The notes under the pieces are model-generated. The model was not told the DNA's origin. It was given only the letters and a program-made list of their open reading frames with translations, and did not search any database. A stretch of DNA of 64,000 nt, taken from assembly GCA_052426225.1 (NCBI GenBank), contig JBNJNM010000013.1:992001-1056000 (forward strand), in the 5' to 3' direction. This document shows, piece by piece, positions 12,401-23,076 of the stretch; positions within the stretch are counted from its first letter, which is position 1; each line of letters opens with the position of its first letter. The position numbers were made by a program, and so were the translations under genes. The stretch is from Zancudomyces culisetae HAW-14-8 (Eukaryota; Fungi; Kickxellomycota).

Positions 12401-14289
12401 CAGTCTCAGTTTCCGTGGTTGTATCTGTTTCTGTATCAGTTGTGGTATCGGTTTCTGTGGTGGTGTCGGTTTCTGTAGTAGTATCAGTCTCAGTTTCCGT
12501 GGTTGTATCAGTTTCTGTGGTGGTATCAGTTTCTGTATCTGTAGTTGTATCAGTTTCTGTAGTAGTATCAGTTTCTGTGGTGGTGTCGGTTTCTGTATCT
12601 GTAGTTGTATCAGTTTCTGTTGTAGTATCAGTTTCTGTGGTTGTATCAGTCTCCGTGGTTGTATCAGTCTCCGTGGTTGTATCAGTTTCTGTGGTTGTAT
12701 CAGTTTCTGTGGTGGTATCGGTCTCAGTGCCGGTGGTGCTACCGGATTCTGTTGTTGTAACTGTAACAGTATCTGTAGTTGTATCTGTAACAGTTACAGT
12801 CACATTGTTTGTTTCTTCTAGCCATGGAATACCTTGTATGTTTTCCAGATCTAATTCATTTATTATCAACCCATCTATCTTTATTGTTGACTGTCCTGCA
12901 TCTACCACTTGTCTTTTGTGATTTTGAAATTCTACATTTCGCTTTTTTATATCTCTAGACCCATCGTTTGTTATTGGCTGTACTTCTGTATCCTGTGATT
13001 CATTTCCTATTCCAACCAAATTAGCTTGGCCTGTCTCAGTTTCTTCGCTTTCTGTGGTTGGGAAAAAATCAGTATCTTCGTCTCCTGTCTCGATAGGTAT
13101 ACTTACACTTTCAGAGTTTGTTGAGGAATCAGTTGAAGAATCAGTTGAAGAATCAGTTGAAGAATCAGTTGAAGACTCAGTTGAAGACTCAGTTGAGGAA
13201 TCAGTTGAGGAATCAGTTGAAGACTCGGTTGAAGAATCAGTTGAAGTGTCAGTTGAAGAATCAGTTGAAGAATCAGTTGAGGAATCAGTTGAAGTATCAG
13301 TTGAAGAATCAGTTGAAGACTCAGTTGAAGAATCAGTTGAAGAATCAGTTGAAGACTCAGTTGAAGACTCAGTTGAAGAATCAGTTGAAGACTCAGTTGA
13401 AGACTCAGTTGAAGACTCAGTTGAAGACTCAGTTGAGGAATCAGTTGAAGTATCAGTTGAAGAATCAGTTGAAGACTCAGTTGAAGAATCAGTTGAAGAA
13501 TCAGTTGAAGAATCAGTTGAAGAATCAGTTGAAGAATCAGTTGAAGACTCAGTTGAAGACTCAGTTGAAGACTCAGTTGAAGACTCAGTTGAGGAATCAG
13601 TTGAAGTATCAGTTGAAGAATCAGTTGAAGACTCAGTTGAAGAATCAGTTGAAGAATCAGTTGAAGAATCAGTTGAAGAATCAGTTGAAGAATCAGTTGA
13701 AGACTCAGTTGGGAAAATATCGGTACTTTCGTCTCCTGACTCAGTTGGTATGCTAATCTTATCTGAATCAGTTGAATTATCAGTTGAAGTATCAGTTGAA
13801 GAATCAGATGAGGAATCAGTTGAAGTATCAGTTGAAGAATCAGATGAAGTATCAGATGAAGTATCAGTTGAAGAATCAGTTGAAGAATCAGTTGAGGAAT
13901 CAGTTGAAGTATCACTTGAATTGTCTTTTGATGTTTCCCACCCGGGTATGCCATTTAGTTCATCTATCACCAGCTCATTTATTGATATTCCACCAATGCT
14001 GATAGTTGAGCTTCTATCTGATTCTTCCTGTTTTTTGAAAAATTTAACGTGGCCCGCTCTTTTTGTTGAAGTTTGCTTAAACTTATTATGCAAAAAGCCC
14101 ATTTCGCTTGCTTTCAGTTCAGTTATTACTTCCAGCATTTGGGCATTATATGCACCGTTTGAGCAGTCATAATATGGCTCTATTGATGATGATGAATACG
14201 ATGATGATGAATACGATGATGATGAATATGATGAATATGATGGTGATGATGAATATGATGGTGATGATGACGATGACGATGACGATGAC

Positions 14290-14345
<56 letters not shown>

Positions 14346-15541
14346 GTTAGTTTCAGAGACAAACTCGACGGTACCCACATCCAATCCCTTCATTTCCATT
14401 TTTCCAATGCTCACAACAAGATCTCTACGTGCATTATCCATCCTCTTTTCCATTTTTTCGTTTCTCTTCTCTATTTTTTTTGTATTATTTTTTGCACCTA
14501 GTTTTTCTAATATTGCCTTCATCAACATCTTTTTAAATTCGTCGCTTGAAGTGATAAATGAAGAAATAGCTTGTGTTGTATTGTTTGAATTACCTGAGCT
14601 ATCCTTCGCTTTAACGTCTCTCCTATTGAATCCCATTCGTTCCTGTAGCCTCAAAGAACTAAACCCACCAAATCTTTGTCGTTGTATCACCTCCTTTTCT
14701 GTATTTTTTGACGCCTCATCGTCTCCTTCGTCGTTTAATTCTTGTTTTCTGCATTTTTCTTTACACACCAACCCCCTCAGTGTACAAATACACAATGTGC
14801 AGTTGTCGTCCTTGTATATATACTTGGCACCATGCATTTTAATACAATTTCTATATCTGTAGTAAGGATTGTTCCTTAGTGGTCTATTTAGACACTTTCT
14901 TCCGCTGTAAGTACAGTAACACGCTTTTTTTGTCGCAGGGTCAATATCTAGCACTATTCCGTGTAATTTTACACAATCGTGATATTTTTTCCAATTTTCA
15001 TTTTCCATATCCATATCAAAGCTAGTGTCTGCTCTTTTACTACACTCGTCTCCGAGTGGGCAGTTTTCGCCATAAATATCACAGTAGCATTTCGTGCATT
15101 TTTCGTTGCTGTAGTATAACCCATATCCATATTTATTTACACATTGTAGATATGCGTCTTTTCCTTTCCATTGACCTCTTATTGGAACTTTTGTATCTAT
15201 ATGTTATTTTTATTTGTCATCAGTATTACCAACTTGTATTTTTTTTTGGTTATTTTTAAATGAAATATATGGTCAATATTTGACAATGCTCAACCAATGT
15301 TCTGAGGAGCTACTCTTTATGCTGATGTTAATTTAGCATCTCCGTTTTATCTTTACAGATACTACTCCTCTGTTTGGCATACTTATGGTATACACTAAAA
15401 CGTGCTTTATTATTTACCTTTGACAAAATCCGGGGTTTCAGAACCAGTGTTGGAATCATGCCCTTCCTCAATTACCCAGGAGTTTCCTGAGTTGGGGATG
15501 ACCGCTGCAGCATACAATAGATGAAAGTAGCTGATCCTCAT
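6471..15541 (-). CDS. Giant secreted Cys-knot plus Ser/Thr/Asp-repeat (mucin/adhesin-like) polyprotein, ~2949 aa; exon 1 15541-15418, intron 15417-15197, exon 2 15196-6471
   Basis: Exon 1 reads MRISYFHLLYAAAVIPNSGNSWVIEE... (signal-peptide-like). The GTAAAT donor and ATAG acceptor join in frame (G|AT=Asp) to the 2847-aa ORF. Variation within the repeats is almost entirely synonymous. Confidence 0.8.
6474..11748 (-). repeat. Coding tandem array of 12-bp units encoding (TTTD)n, ~440 units
   Basis: Directly visible: GAY ACH ACH ACH units, with only two TTTG variants and two single-Thr insertions seen. Confidence 0.95.
11749..12725 (-). repeat. Coding tandem array of 18/24-bp units encoding TETDTT / TETETDTT / TDTETDTT
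   Basis: Directly visible in sequence and translation. Confidence 0.9.
13123..13920 (-). repeat. Coding tandem array of 12-bp units encoding DSST/ESST/DTST
   Basis: TCAGTTGAAGAA-type units on the + strand; translation (DSST)n(ESST)n. Confidence 0.9.
14183..14346 (-). repeat. (TCA/TCG)n trinucleotide tract encoding poly-Ser punctuated by Tyr/Pro
   Basis: GAT/GAC run on the + strand; translation is a long Ser run followed by PSYSSSPSYSSYSSSSYSSSSYSSSS. Confidence 0.9.
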
Positions 15542-18201
15542 GTTTATTTTACACTTGTACTATTTAATGCTACAAGTAAAATTTGTATATTTAATTGATA
15601 TATTTCTCAATAAAAAATACTTGTGTTCGGGTCGGTTGCAAGTTGGTTTTTTAAGGGTATTCTGTATTGGTTTTATTTATTTATACGCCAAACATTTACT
15701 ATCATAAAACGACACCTTTTTTTCTCTATAAAATATGTTCTACTAGGCTAATATGTACTTTCAATAACTAATCCCTTTTATTGAGTACCATGTTGTTTCA
15801 CAAGGAAAAAAAAGTTCAAATATGAATGGGTTCCAATTTTGTTTTTTGTAATATAATAGCAACAACAATTATACAGTATTATCCAATTTTGTACATATCC
15901 ACTTTTGCTTGTAAACACTAACTAAACTCAAAGCCATTATAAAGATATGTAAAGCGAAAAAAAATGCAGTCGAAATTCATGATGATTATTGTTACAAATA
16001 TTTCCCAAATGAAGTACAACTGTGCTGCTAAATGGATTACAAACCACCCTTTCTGTTTCTGTGGTAGATTATTAGTATTTACTTGCCGAAAAATGAAGTA
16101 AGGATATATTCATTTTTGCAAACATTCCATCGCATAGACAATGGTAATAATATTGATGCTTTCACAGTATCATCAGATTAGGTACATTACCCAGCACAAA
16201 TATTTTATATATCCGAGTATGCTTTATCTCCGTTCCTAACACAGGTTCTGTACTTTTCAAAATAGTTGCCATATTAAATCCAAAAAACCCTAAACATACT
16301 TCGGGCAACTGGCTTTTTGTATTTGCACGAAGGACTAAATTCTATTAACATAGACACTGTGAATAATTACATTGTCTAGCTTTCCTATGGGTATTTCTTA
16401 AATATATTATTTTCAGCCATAGACTCCCTTTCAACGTTATACATATAAAGAATAAAATTCTAAAGGTCCCATATTCAACAAAGTAACTTGGTTTACGTGA
16501 ATATTTATTTTTTTAATTAAAGATTGTTCATGAAAATATTGGGTTTTCCAACCATACCGCACATCCCAGATCCCAGTACAGATATATATCATATAACTAA
16601 TTTCAGTCATTTAGTAAAGTTCCCTTGCTCTTAACACCATCCTGGGTCTTCAGATGATTTTTCAATATATTATTTTGGTCTCGTCATTTAGCAAAACTTA
16701 GATAAAAAAGAAATTAGAAAGTCAGTCGCAATTAAAGTTATTCGCTAAATTCTGTATATCAATTGTAAAAAAACAAATACACTAGCTCCAATATTTGTGA
16801 AAAAAAAAATTCGCCCTTGCGATATAAAATAAGCATGGTCATTTAATGCAAAGTATACTAATGAATCCGTATACCAATATAGCTGAAGGCAATAACAATA
16901 CTTACTCTCCGATAGCCTAACTTCTTTCAACCTCAGAATGTTGAACATGTGTTCAGTTTGTGTAGGTCGCGTGAGTACAAGCTTTACTCTATTTTTTGAT
17001 TTATCAATAACAACTAAGCTTTGTTTGGAGTTTACTCACCTTTTTTCAATTCATCAGTGTTTAGAAAAAGGTTTTTTTTCTTATTTCTACTTTTCCATCC
17101 TAAAAAGACAAATTTCGACTCACTCTTGCTGATACTTTCATATTTTTCGAGCTTTTTCGTCTATTAAAAGTAGGATTCTCGCAATAAGATTTAAGCGAAC
17201 ACAGATAGTGCAATTTACATTCATCAAAAATATCACTTTTTACTTAAATGACATTGTCAACTAATTAACACCTTTGTCTTTGTTATTTCAACTTTATAAG
17301 CTAAACATGCTTTTCTTGTAAAAAATCAGCACTTAGAATCAGCACCACTAATACGGTTACCAGTATTTCGCTACTAAGTCCATCACGTTATCAGATTGGG
17401 AAATAATATCGAAAATGTGTATATACATTTGAAAAGATATGACAATGAAAAAGCAAAATACAATGTAAATACCCAGCTACTGGTGCTCAAAGCTTCCGTA
17501 CATGCCATACTGGCAAATAACTTTAAGCTCAGAGATTACCAAGTAGTTTTGAACGAGTATAGTAAGTCAGTATAGCAAACTGTCTTTTAACATTCCTCCA
17601 AAAGATAAATATTCACTTCAGATAAAAAATACACACAGATAGTAGAGTTTAGTTGTATAAAGCAGCATATATTATATTCAGAAACGATTAAAGCAAATAA
17701 TGTCGGCCGAATCCGCTATATCTATTACAGTGTACCGATAGGAAAAATACAACCCACTAGCTTCCCACAACTTTGTGTGAGTTTTAGCCATATACTTGCT
17801 ACTTTTGAGCATAGGCGTGTGACTCTATTCGGACATGTGATTTGATTTGGCTTAGTGAGGCCTGCGTCTAGCCAAGTTAATGCTAAGCCTTACAACAAGG
17901 ATCCCATTTTCCCATTAGGCTTTTGGCAAACGAGTATATTGTCATGGGCCAATAATGTACAAGGAAATTTCCGTAAGCTTTTTTTTTCCCGAGAATTTGC
18001 ATTACACCACACAATTCGGTTTACTATTTTTTCATAAAGGTGCAAAAGAAAATCCCTAGAGTAAAAACTATAGGGAAAATTAGAAAAACAAAGAATTTGA
18101 ATTCTCATCTAAAGTAAACACGAAAAGCCATTTTATCCACTCTAAGATATACTACTTTGGCTGTCTTTGTCTTTTCAAATATTTTGTGTTGATCATCACA
18201 G

Positions 18202-19625
18202 ATGGCGCAAAGATTTACATTATTTGTTGCAGGAATAAATCCTAGCACGGATTCTAGAGATTTGGCGCACGAATTTGAGAGGTAATAGTTAAGCATTTTT
18301 TCTACTCTGAATTTCGATACTTCTGCCAGCCTTGCTGCCATTTTATGACTTGTTAAGAAAATATATAAAATTAACTTGAATTAACGTACTTGCACTCTGC
18401 ACTCTCCTCTCCGCCTCACTTCTCACTCACTCACTGCGAAATCCAATTAACATTCGATTTTTATTTTTATTACTTTTTACTATCATAGGTTCGGACCTCT
18501 AATAAGATGCGACATTCCGAGGCCAAGATCGGGTGCGCCAAAGTCGTAAGCCTCTATACCAATACCATTTATTTTAATGTATTTTCTATTATTGAGGGAA
18601 AACGTCACAATATACTTTTATGTTAAATGGGTTTACAGCCAAGAACTAAAAACATCGTATTAAAAATGGAAGAAAAAGGATAAAAACTTAAATCTGATAC
18701 GAATTAGTTGCGACCATATTGTTCGGTTTAATCGATAATCGATTTCAACGAGCAATTTATTATCGATCTTTTTCGAAAGCAATTTTCTTTGTTTTGACTT
18801 GAGATTAAATTGTGAATATCGACGCGAAATGAATATTTAAACCCCCTCTTCTCAATATTTTTATGGTGAAAGATTGTTTTGGTTTGGAACGAAGAACGAA
18901 GGCGTAGTTATTTCTAGGAGAACGGAAAAATAAACAAGCTAACCGAATCTCCTATATAATTCAAATACAACTAGAATAGCATTTATAGAATACAGAGATC
19001 CGTTGGATGCCGAAGATGCTTTCAATGAAATGCACGGCCAAATCATAGACGGCTATCGTATCTCGATACAGGTATTTCCAGTGGATATTTATTAATTCTT
19101 TTTTCATACACCTTTTTGGTTTAATCTTTGCAAATATAACTTACATTATCGAGAAATGAATTTTAGTGGTCGAGAAGACCTCCAAGCAGCGCATGGCGAT
19201 TTGACACTATACCAGGAGAAGGTCGGCATCCTCCACCAAGAAGGTCAGTCTCGCCAACAAGGGGTAATACTCGGCGATACAGGGATCGTAGCCGCTCCCG
19301 ATCCAGATCCCTTTCTAGAAGTCCTTCTCGTCGTAGATACGGATCTCCTAGTGCTGGGAGATCAATGAGTCGGGACAGATACAGAGAGTATCCACCGTAT
19401 TACGAACGAAGGGGGCCAAGTCCCGTGCGCTATAGATCTCGAAGCAGGGGTTATCGCCCAAGGCGTAGTCCCAGCCCGCGCGGGAGATTCCGGAGTCCAA
19501 ATAGTAGGAACCATAGCTACAGTCCACGACAGCGGCCGCCAAGTAGAAGCATCAGCAGAGAGAGACGACGGTACACTCCTTCACCCAGACAATATGCGTC
19601 TCCTCCCCAGCGCGATCCCGAGTAG
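18202..19625 (+). CDS. srp1: SR-family pre-mRNA splicing factor (single RRM + RS domain), Srp1-like; exons 18202-18281, 18489-18545, 18975-19071, 19167-19625
   Basis: Spliced product MAQRFTLFVAGINPSTDSRDLAHEFERFGPLIRCDIPRPRSGAPKSIAFIEYRDPLDAEDAFNEMHG...IQWSRRPPSSAWRFD, then RS/RSPS repeats. Matches the S. pombe Srp1 pattern 'FGPLIRCDIP..FAFVEYED.RDAEDA'. All introns are GT-AG and in frame. Confidence 0.88.
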
Positions 19626-20642
19626 CTGCGCTGATTTTGATTTGTTTAATGTCTATCTGAACAGGAAAAGGCGGGTTTTTGGCTACTTTAACGATATTGC
19701 TGCTAGATTAAACTTATTTTATACTTTTCGAAGCTATACAAGTTCTCGAAAATATGTGTAGTCTTGGAAATTTTGAGTCCAGATAGCTCTCTTATTATAC
19801 CATCTCCTTATTTTGCCCATATTTTATATGAAAATCGATCATCTTTTTATCAAAATCTACATTCATAATCTTGGAACACTCTGGTTGAGGCTAATCATGG
19901 TGACTTGGCTGCACCAGGATGAAAAAAAAAGGACGAGTGGTGGTTAGAAAGTGCTCCAATATTATTCATTCATTCGTTTATTTATGATTCCTTATTGATG
20001 AGGCTATCTTCAATGGTTGGCCACTACACCATACTGGTGGGTATTTAATATCTACATGACTACAGAAATTTTCAGGTTGATCTTGACTGGAAAGTTGGAT
20101 ACTCATTCATGTTTTAAATAGAAAAGGAGTACACTGGAAAGTAACTCCTAGTTTTAGCTAATATTGATTGCAAACGAAGATGTATTTCAAGCGAACACTC
20201 AAAAAGTTGGGTTGGATGCAAGGAGTCTCCACACTTTATACTTGTATTTAAACCTCATTTCCATTTCCTCACCTCCCCACATTTTTGACAGGAATGGTGG
20301 GTTTCTGTTCGGTTTCTGCTCGGTTTCTGTGAGTTTGGGATGGTTAGAGTTATTTTCTTTCAAAAAGTTAAACGCCAATCGATTTTCGTTTCGCTTAGAT
20401 TCCAAAGATTTTTTTTTGCACTAAAAAATGAGTTAGTTTAGTGAATAAAGGCGAAAGAGTTGTCACATCAAAGCATACCTTTAAATTAGAAATTTGTTGA
20501 TACAAGTTTGAACCGAACAGCAAAAAAAGGGGAAATAACAGCTAATAGCAGAACATAAATCACCAGCTGGTAGACGAGAGCGAACTTGACACTATATAAA
20601 ATCAATTCCAGGCTCTTAAATCTTCTTTTTATGAATATAAAA

Positions 20643-22332
20643 ATGCACTTCATTAGATTTGTGCAAACGATGGTCTGTGTGCTTTATCAAAGTAAGCGAA
20701 AATAACCAGTTAAAAAGAAAGAATAATACGTATTAATTATGTACTGAACGAAATCCAAACTAGTTGAAAAGGTAGTTAGCATAAAGCTGGAAGACAATAA
20801 TCTTGAGCCAACACCAGGTAATTAGCCACAGGTTTAACTATCATATATTTACAGCTACGCGAATAAAAAAGATACGCAATATTAAGCGTGATATCTACTT
20901 ACCGATTATTGTTATTGTTATTGCTATTTTTTTATTTTTTCAATAAAAAGTTGTAATCTGGCATGGGATGGGGGATACTTGCTGCGAAAACTCTATAAAT
21001 CACGTTAAGGCTATTATCGAGCAAGAGATTCCGTCTGTATATGTATACTCAATTAAAATCGGCGAGACAGTAAATCAAGACAGATGGGCTGGGTTTAAAG
21101 GAAATATTAATAACCAGGTAAGAAATTTTTATTTTTTTTAAAAAAAAACACAAACTCAGCTAATAGAAATACTACGGAATACAGTTGGAGGTAGTAGCTA
21201 GCGAATTAATGAAGGATGAAAAGCTCAAAAATGGTTTTTATGGGTTGGGGTTTTCACAGGGTGGACTATTCCTTAGAGGTCTTGCACAAAGATACACGAG
21301 ACTAAATATGAAGCGACTAATAACCCTTGGATCGCCACACAGTGGCGTTGCCAACCCGCCAGCCTGCAGAAATAATGATTTTGCCTGCAAGTCAGTTCGA
21401 CCACTGTTATACAAGGGTGTATACCTCCCTTACATCCAGAATAATATTATTCAAGCTCAATACTTTAAAGATATAAAGCGGCTAAACGAGTATTACGATA
21501 AATCGATATTTCTAGTCGACATTAACAATGAAAAAAAGGTAACAGCATTTTCTTTTTTTTTGGGAGGAAGGGATGAGGGGGGGTAGCCTAGTTCATTCGG
21601 TTATGTTATGTTATGTTATGTTATTATGGAACTATTGTATAGGTCAACCAAACGTATATTGATAATATTGCAAAAATGGAGTTATTTGTGCTTTGTAACT
21701 TTAAAGAAGAAAACGTGATTGACCCCCCAAACTCATCGGTAAGTTTTATCCTTCAATATTCTCGACAATCAATAGCATCGATGTTGTGCCGAGGTATGTC
21801 ATAATAACCTGCATTTCTTTTATACACACAAACAGATCTTTGGATATTATGATGAATATGGAAATATGGTTCCAATGGAAGAAACTGAGTTGTATAAAAA
21901 GGTAACATTTAGATATACATCCTACCGTATTACATCACCATAAATGTTATATATTCATTCGGTACCAATCGTTGAAGTGTACTAGATGAAATCAATAAAA
22001 TTATGAACAAATAGGATCTTGTTGGGATAAAGACTCTCAAGGAAAAGGAAAGATTAAAACATTTGATGTTGGAAGGAAGACATGTGAGTACTAATTTCAA
22101 ATTGCATCATATATCTATTAATTCTCCGTTTATTGCAACCAGACTCTACATTCAGAATGCAGTATTCAATACCCATTATTTTAATCTCGAGCATATTTAA
22201 AGGCTTATTTTGTTGTATATTGAATAATTAAAGATGGAAATATCAGAAAACGACATGCGATTTATATCCAATAAATACTTGAAAATGAACCCAACTGCAA
22301 TCAATAAGATTCGCTATCAACAAATTTCCTAA
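20643..22332 (+). CDS. PPT1: Palmitoyl-protein thioesterase 1, multi-exon
   Basis: Exons give VVIWHGMGDTCC, the nucleophile motif GFSQGGLFLRGL, LITLGSPHSGV, IIQAQYF, ETELYKKDLVGIK and EGRH (catalytic His). Confidence 0.88.
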
Positions 22333-23076
22333 GTCCAGAATCCGCCTTTTGTATTCCTCATGTAGTCTATTCCCATCAGCCTCACCGAACCCCAACTTTA
22401 TTTTTCATGTTGTGAATAAAACTTGTTCCAAAAAACCAAGGATGGGTCTGTGAAGCGGTTTCTGAATTGTCGCAATAAGCAACCACGTTTTTATTTCTTT
22501 ATATGTCGGTTTCTATTTACCAACACATATTTTTCGGCGCCTTTACCAGTAATTTTAGTGATCTAATAAATAGCTAATTATAAAAAATCCAAAAAAGTAA
22601 AGTAATTAAATTGTATAAGGGTATCAAGCCTGGGTGATAACACAAACTATCTTGTAATGTTTCAATCTCAAATAGGAAAGGGGGAAGGGGAAGGAGACAT
22701 TTCAAAAGTTACATCCGTACCGTCGACCCAGAAAAGCAAATAAATACAAAAAGTATCCATCGGATCTGTAATGAACTTCACTCATCCACCCCCCCCCCCT
22801 CTCCGTCACATGTGAATCTTTATGAATAGACAAGAGCTTTATTCAGGGTCAAATACTGGGCAAGGAAGGTTCACCTCAGTATTTTGTTTTCATAAGCACT
22901 TGGGCTAGACCAATGAGTTTTATACAGATTGGTATAGTATTACATCATTCCATCACCAACTGATATCACCTACAATAACCGTAAAGCCTGTTTCATATTT
23001 TTATGGAATGTATATACTGACACATTTTCACAGGTATATGAACAACCTTCGAGCTTAGGATGAATACATAACTAAG

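Noticed and set aside
6481-12921. 2146-aa (VVVS)n ORF on the + strand and the many short WYQL/WCQL ORFs
   Set aside because: Antisense and alternate-frame shadows of the TTTD array. They have no ATG start, and synonymous variation and the unique flanking sequence fit the minus-strand frame.
6474-13920. CRISPR-like, telomeric or satellite interpretation of the arrays
   Set aside because: No unique spacers. Variation is confined to third codon positions and the arrays are in frame within a CDS.
13054-14380. VEES, QLIL, NQLK, poly-Met and poly-His ORFs
   Set aside because: Alternate frames of the DSST and poly-Ser repeats of the giant gene.
18105-18341. Minus-strand ORF MAARLAEV..., initially considered the first exon of an Rpp40-like gene
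   Set aside because: It is antisense to the clear first exon of the Srp1-like gene, and downstream candidate exons contain stops or do not phase.
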